DNA of 64,000 bases. It comes from Pirellulaceae bacterium. Lineage in GTDB: Bacteria; Planctomycetota; Planctomycetia; Pirellulales; Pirellulaceae. Under the pieces are notes generated by a model. That model had not been told where the DNA came from and searched no databases. It saw only the letters and a list, made by a program, of their open reading frames with translations. The translations under genes and the position numbers were made by a program. The stretch spans positions 19,823-83,822 of the forward strand of contig JBGSVE010000007.1 of NCBI GenBank assembly GCA_041753075.1, in the 5' to 3' direction. Of this stretch, positions 26,008 through 35,995 are shown one piece after another; the stretch's first letter is position 1; each line of letters begins with the position of its first letter.

Positions 26008-29000
26008 ATGGCGGGTTTCATTGCGAATACACTTCGTTTGGTGAGTACGAAGAAGCGAGCTCGAGCGTCTTCGACGTTGAAGCGCCGACGACAAATGATC
26101 GAGCATCTCGAAGCACGCAACCTCTTTGCCGCCAGTCTGAATATCGAGTTTGGCGGCTTTTGTGTTCCTGAGTTCAACCCGCTGCCGCAAATCACGAAGG
26201 GGTCAGGCTCCGGTGGTCCGAACCCAACGATCACGCCCGACTACACATTGCAGCTTTTGCATTTTGCCGATGGCGAAGCGGGTTTGTTGGCACCGACGAC
26301 GGCACAGAACTTGGCCGCGCTGGTCGATGCGTTTGATGGTACCTATGCGAACACTTTGATCTTGTCGGGCGGTGACAATTGGATACCTGGGCCGTTTGTT
26401 GCTGGCGGCACCGACGCAGCGGTTCGTGCAGTGCTTAATGACGTCAGCGGTTCAACAATCGCCGCCGGAGTTAACATTCCGATCGCAGCGGTCGATATTG
26501 CGATTCATAACGAGATCGGTGTCGAAGCATCGGCGGTTGGCAATCATGAGTTCGATCTTGGCTCGCGAGTCTTTCGCGATAGCTTCTCGCCTAACCTTGG
26601 CGCGGCGGGCTGGTTCGGGGCAAACTTCGTTCACGTCACGGCCAACCTCGACTTCTCGGGCGACGCCGATCTCGCTTCGCGATTTACCAATACACTCGAC
26701 GGCGGTACGACGACGCTGATTCCCGAGGCGACGACGCTGCGAGGGCGAATCGCTCCGTCGGCCGTGATCACCAAGGGTGGCGAGAAGATCGGGCTTGTCG
26801 GTGCCACGACTCAACTGATCGAATCGATCTCATCACCCTCGGGCACCGAAGTGCGCGGCTTCCCCGTTGGTCCAGGGCCCAATGGCGAAACGGACAACAT
26901 GACGTTGCTGGCCGCGCAGCTTCAACCCGTGATCGATGAGCTGCGGGCCGAGGGTGTCGACAAGATTGTGTTGATGTCGCACTTGCAAGTCATCGCCAAC
27001 GAGCAATTGTTGGCGACGCTGCTCAATGGCGTGGACATCATTTTATCAGCCGGCTCGAACACGCGACTTGGAGACGCCGACGATGTTCCCGTCGCGTTCC
27101 CAGGCCACGCGGCAAACTTCGCCGGCACCTACCCGCTGGTGACTGCGGGCACAGACGGCAAGCCAACGTTGATCGTCAATACGGACAATGAATACACCTA
27201 CCTTGGCCGTTTGGTTGTTGATTTCGATGCCGCTGGCGACATCATCGTCTCGAACCTAGCGGGCTTAACGGCGATCAACGGTGCCTACGCATCGACGACT
27301 GCCAACGTCGCGGCGGCGTGGGGAGTCAGCGAAGCAAACTTGGCGACGACGGCATTTGCCGATGGCACCAAGGGTGAAGAGGTCCAAGATTTAACCGACG
27401 CAGTCCAGGCGGTGATTGCCGCCAAGGATGGCAACGTCGCTGGGTTCACGAATGTCTATTTGCAGGGCGAGCGGTTGGCCGTGCGAAACCAAGAAACCAA
27501 TCTTGGCAACTTAAGCGCCGATGCGAATTCGGATGCGCTGGCGTCGGCCTTGGGCGCAAGCTCCAGCTCGACGTTCGTCGTCTCGCTGAAAAACGGTGGC
27601 GGGATTCGTGCGCAAATCGGCACGGTTTCGGCACCTGATCCCGTGACGGGCGAAGTAAATTTCTTGCCGCCGCCAGCGAACCCCAGTGCGAATAAACCGG
27701 CGGGCGCGGTGTCGCAGCTTGACATCGAAAATTCGCTCCGGTTCAACAATACGTTAATGGCGTTTGACACCACGCCGGTTGGACTCAAGGCGATTCTTGA
27801 ACATGGCGTTGCGTCGTTGCCCAATCAAGGTCGCTTTCCTCAAATCGGTGGCGTGTCGTTCTCATTCGATCCGACTCGATCGGCGAATGACCGCGTCCGC
27901 AACATCGCTTTGATCGATGAAAATGACCGCGTGATTGTCAAGGTGTTCGAGAACGGTGTTGTCGCGTCGACCGCACCGACATCGATCACCGTTGTCACGT
28001 TGAACTTCTTGGCTCAAGGTGGCGACGGATATCCGATCAAGGCGAATGGTGACAATTTCCGCTACCTGCTCGATGGCCCGACGATCACTTTGTCAGCGCC
28101 GGTTGACGAAACACTCGACTTCAGCGCGGCGCAGAATTTGCCGGCCAACGTGCTGGGTGAGCAAATGACGCTTGCCGATTACCTTGGCACACGTTATCCA
28201 ACCGCACAAACGGCGTACAATCTCGCTGACTCGCCAGCGACGCGTGATCGGCGAATTCAAAATGTGTCAGTGCGAAACGATGGCGTCTTCGACAATCTGC
28301 CGGCATTGGCCGTCACGCTGCAAAACACGATCGTCTCGTTGCCGGAAAATGCCAGTACGAGTGCCGCGACGAAGCTCGCTGATATCGTCATCTCCGATGA
28401 CATCTTTGGCACCAACGCACTGAGTCTCAGCGGAGCCGACGCGGCGAATTTTGAAATCGTCGGCACCGAGTTGCGGTTGAAGGCCGGTACAAAGATCGAC
28501 TTCGAGGCTCGCACCAGCTTTGCGATCACCGTGCAAGTCGATGACCCAGCGGTTGGCGCTTCACCTGACGCATCGACGAACTTGAAGTTGTCGATCACCG
28601 ACGTTGCCGACGGTGCCGCACCTTTGGCCAGCAACTCGCTCGTCGTTGTACCCACGGGCTCGTATGTCAGCGGCAATGTAGGTGTAGCGGAAATCGTCGC
28701 GCACGATCCCACGCTGCAACGACTGTTTAGTCTCAATGGCGTGCTGAACCAACTTGATGTGCTGGACATCTCCAACCCGGCCAACCCGACGTTGCTCGCG
28801 CCTATCAGCTTGTCTCCGTTCGGTACGCTGCCGAACAGTGTTGCCGTCAATAACGGCGTGATCGCCGTTGCCATGGAAGCCTCGACGAAAACCGAACCGG
28901 GAACGGTTGTGTTGTTCTCGACCGCGGGCGTGTTGCTCAACCAGTTAACCGTCGGAGCCCAACCGGATAGTTTGACGTTTACGCCGGATGGTTTGAAGGT

Positions 29001-32000
29001 TTTGGTAGCCAATGAAGCCGAACCGAATGTCGGCGACACGATCAACCCCGCTGGATCGGTCAGCATCATTAATCTTGCCACCGGCGTTGCTGCCGCGACC
29101 GTAACGACAGCGACGTTCGACGCCTTCAATGGCCAAGAAGACAAGCTTCGCGGACAAGGCGTTCGCATCTCGGCCGGCAAGAGTTTCGCGATCGACGCAG
29201 AACCTGAATACATCGCCGTATCGCCTGATGGGCTGACCGCGCGGGTCACGTTGCAAGAGAACAATGCCTTCGCGGTTCTCAACCTCACGACCAACACGAT
29301 CACGGAAATCCAGGCGTTGGGTTTGAAGGACTACAGCACCGGAACGCCGGTGGTGACGACGTATGACTTCGATGACGCGGCGCTGCCCGTGATCGGCACA
29401 ACGGCTACCGGCCAAGACCTTAAGCTCGGCGGTTTCTCCGGTTTGCACTTCGAGGGCACTGACGCGGTGACTGGCAACCTGCGGTTCATCGCCAATACTG
29501 ACCGTGGACCCAACGGCGAACCGAGCAATGTGCTTCCCGCGGTGCCCGGCAACGAGCGACCGTTCGCGCTGCCGAACTTCGTGCCCGAGTTGACGCGCTT
29601 CGAGCTCAACCAAACGACGGGTCAGGTTTCGATCACCAGTCGCATTCAACTGACTCGCGCCGACGGCACGCCGCTATCTGGCTTGCCCAACTTGCAATCC
29701 GGTGCCCAGGGTACGGCTTATACCGATGAAGTCGGCGTTGATCTGAACGGCAATCAAATCGCCAACGATCCATTTGGCGCGGACTTGGAAGGGATTGTCG
29801 TCGCGCCGGACGGCAGCTTCTGGTTGCCCGATGAATACCGACCAGCGATTTACCACTTTGATTCAACTGGCAAATTGCTTGACCGATTCATACCACAAGG
29901 CACCGCTGCGGCCGCCGGCCAACCTCTGGGCACGTATGGAACCGAAGCGCTGCCAGCCGTCTACGGACAATTCCGCCGCGCCAATCGTGGGTTCGAGGCG
30001 ATTGCGTTGGAAGGCAACAAGATCTACGCCTTCATTCAAACCAACCTCGACAATCCAAGCGGGTCTGCCGCAGTTCGCAACAACGGTGTCATCCGCGTGA
30101 TTGAGTTCGATATCACGACCAGCGCCGTGACGGGTGAGTTTGTCTATGTGATGCGCGACACGACCGCCGCCGGAACCGCAAAGACCGACAAAATTGGTGA
30201 CGCCGTTTCGCTCGGTGGCGGTCGATTCCTGGTCGTTGAACGCGATGACCGCACGACAACAGACTCCAACAAATTGATCTATGAAATCAATCTCACGGGC
30301 GCGACCAATGTCTTCGAAACTCCGATCGCAACGGCAACTTCGGGAACAACGCTGGAGAGTCTCAATCCCGCCGGTTTGGTAGCCAACGGCATTCGCGCCG
30401 TCGATAAGCGATTGGTCGTTAACGCGGGCGCAATCGGATACACCGGAGTCGGCAAACTGGAAGGCTTGGCCGTCGTCGACAACAACACGATCGCGCTGCT
30501 TAACGATAATGATTTCCAACTATCCGGCGCGATCCTCGGTAACGGCTCGGCACCGCTGAACCCAACCCCAGAACCGATTCGCTTGGGTTTGATCGACTTC
30601 AGCGGCAGCAACGGACTGGATGCGAGTGATCGTGATGTCGATGGGACCGCGCTGGGTGGCGGGCGCACCAGCATCAACGATCAACCGGTGTTTGGTTTGT
30701 TCATGCCTGACAGCGTCGCGGCCTATGCTGTCGGTGGCAAGAATTATTTTGTCACGGCCAACGAAGGCGACGACCGCAATGACTTCATTGTTCCGGTCGA
30801 GACTCGTCTTGTTGGTGCGACCACATACGACCTCGATGACACCGCGTTCCCCAATGAGCTGGCCTTAAAGGACAATGCCGTGCTTGGTCGGTTGACGGTT
30901 TCCAGTCTTGACGGCGACATTGATGGCGACGGTGACTTCGATCGAATTGTCAGCTACGGAGCGCGGTCGTTTACGATCTGGGACGCGGCGGGCAATCGCG
31001 TGTTCGATTCCGGTGATGCGCTGGAACAAATCACCGCGGCCCAGGTGCCGGCTTTGTTCAATGGCAACGGCGCGGCGGCTACGTTCGACACGCGGTCGGA
31101 CAACAAGGGTCCCGAACCCGAAGGCGTTACGATTGGCGAAATCGCCGGACGAACTTATGCGTTTGTCGGACTTGAACGCGTTGGTGGCTTCATCACGTTT
31201 GATATCACCGACCCACTGAGACCCGAGTTTGTCACCTACACCAACCCAGCGGCCGGTCCAAGTGGAACTCCAGGCCAGACCGATGTTTCGCCGGAAGGGA
31301 TCATCTTTGTTTCGGCTGCGGACAGCCCCAGTGGCAACCCATTGGTCATCATCGGCAACGAAGTCAGCGGCTCGGCGACGATCTATACCGTCAACGTGCC
31401 GGGCAGTCCTCCGGTCTTTACCAGCGGTACGGCGTTCAGTGTTGGCGAAGCCAATACGCTCGGCGCGACGGGGCCTTCGACTTCGGCAAGTCCCTATTTG
31501 ACTTCGGCAAACTCCGACGTCCAGTTCACATCAATCTTGACCGTTGGCGACGCAATCAGCGGATACCGGTTTGTTGGGATTCCGGATGGAATGGGAGCTT
31601 ATGACAACGGCGACGGGACGTTTACCTTGTTGCTCAATCATGAACTCAACAACACCGTCGGCATCGCGCGAGATCATGGACAACGCGGTGCGTTTGTCTC
31701 GCGTTGGGTGATCAATAAGTCGACGCTCGAGGTGGTTAGCATCGAAGATTTCCTTGGCGATGGAACCAGCGTTTACCTGAGCAACAACAATCCGACCAAC
31801 GGCGCAGCTCACACCGCGTACCTTGCCGCGGCGACGACGGTGTTCAGCAGACTTTGCTCGGCGGACTTAGGACCGGTTAGCGCTTACCAGTGGACCGACC
31901 CGGTCACCGGAACAACATTCGGCACCCCGGCCCGAATTTTCCAAAGCGGTGAAGAGTCCAGCGGATCGGCCGCATCGCCTTTGGGCCCTGAATCGACGGT

Positions 32001-34059
32001 TCTGTTCGGGCGACAGTTTGCATTTGTCGCAACCGATGACCCCAACACAACGCTCGACGAAAGCGGCACCGCTTGGGAGCTGCCGCACGGCGGGTTGTTC
32101 GCCTGGGAAAACAACCTCGCCAGCCCATTTGCACAACGCAAGACAATCGTTGCTGGGCTCGACGACAGCAACGGTGGCCAAATCTATTTTTGGGTCGGCG
32201 ATAAACAGGCGACCGGCAATGTGGTCGAGCGAGCTGGGTTAACCAAGCAAGGCGCAGGCGACAATCTATATGTTCTTCGCGTGCCAGGATTGACCACGCT
32301 TGATGTCAACGGCGTGCCCACCGAAACGGCATCGGCTCCGATCAACGGCGCGTTTTCACTGGTCAACGAAGGCGACGTTTCGGCGCTCACGCTGCCTGGC
32401 TTGGAAGCGCTCAGCGACAGCAACGGCGCGGCACAATTCCTGCGCCCCGAAGACGGTCAATGGGACCCGAGCAATCCTAACGACTTCTATTTCGTTACCA
32501 CGCATCAATACGACCAAGTCAAAGATGGCGTCGGTAGCCAAGTGGGCCGCAGCCGGTTGTATCGCTTACGTTTCACTGACATTGCCGATCCGTTGGCCGG
32601 AGGTACGATCACCGCTGTGCTGGATGGAACCGAGCGCGGCAACATGCTTGACAACATGACCATTGATGGCAATGGAATGATCATCTTGCAAGAGGACGTC
32701 GGCAATCAAGACCACTTGGGCAAGGTTTGGCAATACAACATCGCGACTGATTCGCTTACCGAATTGGCACAACACGACCGGGCCCGGTTTGGCGATGTCG
32801 GGATTCCGCCGGTCGCTCCGTTTAGTCGCGACGAGGAAAGCTCCGGTGTGATTGATGTGTCATCAATCTTGGGTGCGGGCAGTTATTTGGTGAATGTCCA
32901 GGCGCACTACAACATCGGCGATCCTGAGTTGGTCGAAGGCGGCCAGTTGTTGCTGATGCAAGCCAATGTGATCAGCGGCGAGCAGTTCGTTGCGACCATC
33001 ACGGCAAGTGATCCCGATAACACAGCGCTGACGTTTGCCATCGCCGGTGGCGTTGATGCGGCGGACTTCACGATCGATCCGCTGACGGGGCGATTGAGTT
33101 TTGTCGTCGCGGCCGATTTTGAGGCTCCGGCGGATGCCGATGGCAACAACGTGTATGAGGTCCAAATCAGCGTCACCGACTTCAACAATCCGCCGGTGAC
33201 ACAGTCGATTCAAGTCACGGTTAACAACGTCAACGAGTCGCCGACGAATACGACCGTCGAGGCCGTCAACGTTCCCGAGAACACGACTGCCGTAACGATG
33301 GCAACGGGGATCGATCCCGAGGGCGTGCCGCTTGTGTTTGCGATCAGCGGTGGTGCCGACGCGTCGCGGTTCACGATCAATTCGACCAGCGGTGCATTGT
33401 CGTTCTTGACGGCACCGAACTTTGAAGCTCCGACGGACAATGGTGCGAACAACTCATACTTTGTCACTGTTACCGTTTCCGATGGAGTCAATCCGCCGGT
33501 CAACAAGACCGTCGTCGTCACCGTGACTCCGGTTACGGAGGTTCAAGGAATCGATATCCAAACCGGCCAAACGCAACGATCGTTTGTCCGCAATGTCGAT
33601 GTGATTTTTGATTCGCCAACCGGCATCGCCGACTTGCTGACGAACAATCGCCTGCAATTGACCCGGCGGAATCTTGATGGAACCGGCGGAGTGAACGTGC
33701 CGTTGCCGACGGGTGCTGGAACAACTGTTGTTGGCAACCAGATTCGACTTGATTTTGGGGCTCAAGGCATTGGTGGCAACCGCAACTCGAACGTGGGCGA
33801 TGGCTACTACGAGGTCGCCGTCGATTTGGATGGCGACGGCAGCTTCGACTCACGCCAATATTTCTTCCGCTTGTTCGGTGATTTGACGGGCGATGGCCGC
33901 GTCGATGGCAGCGACAAGATCAAGGTGCTGCAACTCAACGGCAGCTTATCGCCGGAAGGTGACGCCAACGGCGACGGCGTGGTCAATGCAATCGATGCGT
34001 TGTATTCGACTCGCGCATTCAGTCGCCGACTGGGCGATGGGCTGCCGGTCAATGATTGA
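26008..34059 (+). CDS. Giant secreted multi-phosphoesterase with cadherin-like and dockerin modules
   Basis: 2683-aa ORF. The modules, in order, are as follows. (1) 5'-nucleotidase/metallophosphatase (LQLLHFADGEAG, GGDNWIPGPF, GNHEFDLG, NLGNLSADA). (2) A cadherin-like repeat. (3) A beta-propeller of the choice-of-anchor I/LVIVD type. (4) A phytase-like esterase module inserted in that propeller (GFSGLHFEG, NTDRGPNGEP, NRGFEAIALEG). (5) A DUF839/PhoX-like module (GIPDGMGAYDNGDGTFTLLLNHEL). (6) Two cadherin repeats. (7) Dockerin-type repeats (GDLTGDGRVDGSD, GDANGDGVVNAID). Confidence 0.9.
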   Translation: MAGFIANTLRLVSTKKRARASSTLKRRRQMIEHLEARNLFAASLNIEFGGFCVPEFNPLPQITKGSGSGGPNPTITPDYTLQLLHFADGEAGLLAPTTAQNLAALVDAFDGTYANTLILSGGDNWIPGPFVAGGTDAAVRAVLNDVSGSTIAAGVNIPIAAVDIAIHNEIGVEASAVGNHEFDLGSRVFRDSFSPNLGAAGWFGANFVHVTANLDFSGDADLASRFTNTLDGGTTTLIPEATTLRGRIAPSAVITKGGEKIGLVGATTQLIESISSPSGTEVRGFPVGPGPNGETDNMTLLAAQLQPVIDELRAEGVDKIVLMSHLQVIANEQLLATLLNGVDIILSAGSNTRLGDADDVPVAFPGHAANFAGTYPLVTAGTDGKPTLIVNTDNEYTYLGRLVVDFDAAGDIIVSNLAGLTAINGAYASTTANVAAAWGVSEANLATTAFADGTKGEEVQDLTDAVQAVIAAKDGNVAGFTNVYLQGERLAVRNQETNLGNLSADANSDALASALGASSSSTFVVSLKNGGGIRAQIGTVSAPDPVTGEVNFLPPPANPSANKPAGAVSQLDIENSLRFNNTLMAFDTTPVGLKAILEHGVASLPNQGRFPQIGGVSFSFDPTRSANDRVRNIALIDENDRVIVKVFENGVVASTAPTSITVVTLNFLAQGGDGYPIKANGDNFRYLLDGPTITLSAPVDETLDFSAAQNLPANVLGEQMTLADYLGTRYPTAQTAYNLADSPATRDRRIQNVSVRNDGVFDNLPALAVTLQNTIVSLPENASTSAATKLADIVISDDIFGTNALSLSGADAANFEIVGTELRLKAGTKIDFEARTSFAITVQVDDPAVGASPDASTNLKLSITDVADGAAPLASNSLVVVPTGSYVSGNVGVAEIVAHDPTLQRLFSLNGVLNQLDVLDISNPANPTLLAPISLSPFGTLPNSVAVNNGVIAVAMEASTKTEPGTVVLFSTAGVLLNQLTVGAQPDSLTFTPDGLKVLVANEAEPNVGDTINPAGSVSIINLATGVAAATVTTATFDAFNGQEDKLRGQGVRISAGKSFAIDAEPEYIAVSPDGLTARVTLQENNAFAVLNLTTNTITEIQALGLKDYSTGTPVVTTYDFDDAALPVIGTTATGQDLKLGGFSGLHFEGTDAVTGNLRFIANTDRGPNGEPSNVLPAVPGNERPFALPNFVPELTRFELNQTTGQVSITSRIQLTRADGTPLSGLPNLQSGAQGTAYTDEVGVDLNGNQIANDPFGADLEGIVVAPDGSFWLPDEYRPAIYHFDSTGKLLDRFIPQGTAAAAGQPLGTYGTEALPAVYGQFRRANRGFEAIALEGNKIYAFIQTNLDNPSGSAAVRNNGVIRVIEFDITTSAVTGEFVYVMRDTTAAGTAKTDKIGDAVSLGGGRFLVVERDDRTTTDSNKLIYEINLTGATNVFETPIATATSGTTLESLNPAGLVANGIRAVDKRLVVNAGAIGYTGVGKLEGLAVVDNNTIALLNDNDFQLSGAILGNGSAPLNPTPEPIRLGLIDFSGSNGLDASDRDVDGTALGGGRTSINDQPVFGLFMPDSVAAYAVGGKNYFVTANEGDDRNDFIVPVETRLVGATTYDLDDTAFPNELALKDNAVLGRLTVSSLDGDIDGDGDFDRIVSYGARSFTIWDAAGNRVFDSGDALEQITAAQVPALFNGNGAAATFDTRSDNKGPEPEGVTIGEIAGRTYAFVGLERVGGFITFDITDPLRPEFVTYTNPAAGPSGTPGQTDVSPEGIIFVSAADSPSGNPLVIIGNEVSGSATIYTVNVPGSPPVFTSGTAFSVGEANTLGATGPSTSASPYLTSANSDVQFTSILTVGDAISGYRFVGIPDGMGAYDNGDGTFTLLLNHELNNTVGIARDHGQRGAFVSRWVINKSTLEVVSIEDFLGDGTSVYLSNNNPTNGAAHTAYLAAATTVFSRLCSADLGPVSAYQWTDPVTGTTFGTPARIFQSGEESSGSAASPLGPESTVLFGRQFAFVATDDPNTTLDESGTAWELPHGGLFAWENNLASPFAQRKTIVAGLDDSNGGQIYFWVGDKQATGNVVERAGLTKQGAGDNLYVLRVPGLTTLDVNGVPTETASAPINGAFSLVNEGDVSALTLPGLEALSDSNGAAQFLRPEDGQWDPSNPNDFYFVTTHQYDQVKDGVGSQVGRSRLYRLRFTDIADPLAGGTITAVLDGTERGNMLDNMTIDGNGMIILQEDVGNQDHLGKVWQYNIATDSLTELAQHDRARFGDVGIPPVAPFSRDEESSGVIDVSSILGAGSYLVNVQAHYNIGDPELVEGGQLLLMQANVISGEQFVATITASDPDNTALTFAIAGGVDAADFTIDPLTGRLSFVVAADFEAPADADGNNVYEVQISVTDFNNPPVTQSIQVTVNNVNESPTNTTVEAVNVPENTTAVTMATGIDPEGVPLVFAISGGADASRFTINSTSGALSFLTAPNFEAPTDNGANNSYFVTVTVSDGVNPPVNKTVVVTVTPVTEVQGIDIQTGQTQRSFVRNVDVIFDSPTGIADLLTNNRLQLTRRNLDGTGGVNVPLPTGAGTTVVGNQIRLDFGAQGIGGNRNSNVGDGYYEVAVDLDGDGSFDSRQYFFRLFGDLTGDGRVDGSDKIKVLQLNGSLSPEGDANGDGVVNAIDALYSTRAFSRRLGDGLPVND

Positions 34060-34126
34060 TACCGACCACGTTTGCCACAAAAAATGTTTGTTTTCGACCG
34101 CCACTTCCTCGACGAGGTTAACCCCG

Positions 34127-34756
34127 ATGATTAAGCCGTTTCTATCTCTCACAATTTGGTTGACATCGTTGGCAATTTGCTCGCACGCTTCGGCCGCAAT
34201 CACGTTGTCCTACAGCAACCCCAACCCAAACCCGTTAGTCGCTGGTTCCCAGGGCATTATCGATGTGTTCATACGCGATGACATGGCAGCGGCTTCGCTG
34301 GATGCGTTTCTGGTCGAATTCGGACTCTCCGGCGGTCCGGCGGGTGGACTGGTCTTTAGCGCTACCCAGTCCGACGCACAGCTTGCCGATCCGCAATATG
34401 TGTTCGCGGGGCGAAGCAGTGCCGTGATCAACGCTACGCCGGTTGGAACGGTGGTCGATCCCGTTACGTACAGCGGATTTGACGCGACCAATGACGGTCT
34501 AGGCGGAGCTTTTCCGATCGCCTTGTCAGCATCGAACCAATTGTTGTTCCGCTTGGATTTAAATGCGTTGGCGGCAGGCACATACACGCTCAGCGCGAGC
34601 GCGACGAATAGTCTATTCCTCGACGGTGGCGTGTCCGAAATACCGTTCAGCGATCCAGGAACGACGATTACCGTGGCCGTGCCCGAGCCGTCAACCATGC
34701 TACTTTCCTGCTTTGCCTTAGCCGGTATGGGCTATCGACGTATTCGCAATCGTTAA
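34127..34756 (+). CDS. PEP-CTERM sorting-domain protein
   Basis: 209-aa product from the ATG at 34127. It has a signal peptide (MIKPFLSLTIWLTSLAICSHASA) and a C-terminal VPEPSTMLLSCFALAGMGYRRIRNR (PEP motif, TM segment, basic tail). Confidence 0.75.
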   Translation: MIKPFLSLTIWLTSLAICSHASAAITLSYSNPNPNPLVAGSQGIIDVFIRDDMAAASLDAFLVEFGLSGGPAGGLVFSATQSDAQLADPQYVFAGRSSAVINATPVGTVVDPVTYSGFDATNDGLGGAFPIALSASNQLLFRLDLNALAAGTYTLSASATNSLFLDGGVSEIPFSDPGTTITVAVPEPSTMLLSCFALAGMGYRRIRNR

Positions 34757-35070
34757 AACACGTCGAGCATGAAGTGGTGGCCGCTGTGGTAGCGGCGGTT
34801 CGATGGATAGAAGTTATGCCACTGCTTGTTGTAAACCGGAATTCGCATTTCCGGTGGATAACGGTGGTACAAACTATTGCTGCTTTGGTAATACTCTTGC
34901 CCATAGAAGTTTTGGGGATAGTAAACGTAGGGGTAGTGATAAAAACGGTTCCAGTCGGTCGAACCGTTCGCTCCGCCCCAGGTGCGGCCGTAGGCGCGCT
35001 GTTCCGCCGAGGCGGTGGTGGCCGAGGCCAAAGAAACCGCCATGGCAGCGGCTAATACGTATCGAAACAT
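34753..35070 (-). CDS. Small secreted Tyr/His-rich protein, hypothetical
   Basis: Start taken at the ATG at 35068-35070, giving a signal peptide MFRYVLAAAMAVSLASATTASA. The mature part is aromatic-rich (FYHYPYVYYPQNFYGQEYY...RYHSGHHF). The longer ORF to 35217 lacks a signal peptide. Confidence 0.5.
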   Translation of the reverse strand: MFRYVLAAAMAVSLASATTASAEQRAYGRTWGGANGSTDWNRFYHYPYVYYPQNFYGQEYYQSSNSLYHRYPPEMRIPVYNKQWHNFYPSNRRYHSGHHFMLDVF

Positions 35071-35319
35071 CGCAATCCCCCCCGGATTCCAACGACCCAT
35101 TTTGCGCGTGCACGCGAATCTCAACCGCCGCACCCTGTGCGGTGCCGCGATCAACAAAATCCACAGTACCGGTTTCTTCGGCATTCTCGTTACGACTGGT
35201 TCAGCAAAAGTTTTCACGACAATCGGTAAGCAGGTTCACAGAATCCGATTCGCCGCTGGGCAATAATTCCGTTGCAAAGAAACTTTACCCGCCATCCACG
35301 TACGTTTTGGAGAACCGAA

Positions 35320-35913
35320 ATGAGCGATTTTTCCTCACCCGCAGATCAAAACCCCGCCGAGCTTTCCGCCCATTCCGCCGGCGCGATGGCTGTTGATGGC
35401 TCCGAGTCCGCCGAGTCCTGTCCCCAGGCTTGTGCGATCCACAAGCCGATGAGGATCGCCAGCTTCGCGGTCATCGGCAGTTTGGTTGCGGCGTATGCGG
35501 TGTTGGCGGTTGCTCCGCAGGCGGTCAATGTGCTGCCGCCGGAATTGTTGAGCATGGTCGGTCTTGAGACACCGACGCATTGCACCAGCCACGCGGTCCA
35601 GGCTCCGGTTTTGGCAAGCATGGTGACCGACGATATGCCGCTGCAGACTTTTACGGGCGAAACTTCATGCGCGCAGTGCGAACACCACATCGCACCGCTG
35701 TTGGCTCCCAGCACGCTCGGTCTGGCGCTGATCAGTAAAGATGGCAACATCATTGTTGTCGAGAACGCTCACGAAATGTATCCCGAGATTTATCGTGACC
35801 GCTTCAATCATCTCGCAGCCGAAGTCGTCGGCAAGGTGGTTCGCACCGAAGGCAGCACGCTATGGCTCGAACCGGAGTCGTTGAAGTTGGTCGCCGCTGC
35901 GGCGGCGCCGTGA
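35320..35913 (+). CDS. Membrane-anchored hypothetical protein
   Basis: 197-aa product from the ATG at 35320 with one TM segment (IASFAVIGSLVAAYAVLAVA). No recognised domain. Same strand as, and 82 nt upstream of, the YHYH gene. Confidence 0.45.
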   Translation: MSDFSSPADQNPAELSAHSAGAMAVDGSESAESCPQACAIHKPMRIASFAVIGSLVAAYAVLAVAPQAVNVLPPELLSMVGLETPTHCTSHAVQAPVLASMVTDDMPLQTFTGETSCAQCEHHIAPLLAPSTLGLALISKDGNIIVVENAHEMYPEIYRDRFNHLAAEVVGKVVRTEGSTLWLEPESLKLVAAAAAP

Positions 35914-35995
35914 ACGGTTTGGCATAACCGTTCTACAATTCTTGTAAACCGAGACGCTTCACGTTGCGTTCAGGTTGGCTTGTTATTTTGTCGAC

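Noticed and set aside
28257-29303. 348-aa ORF antisense to the giant phosphoesterase gene, plus many other 60-230-aa ORFs inside 26008-34059
   Set aside because: The plus-strand frame carries recognisable domain motifs throughout. The antisense ORFs have no motifs and are expected by chance given codon bias and GC content.
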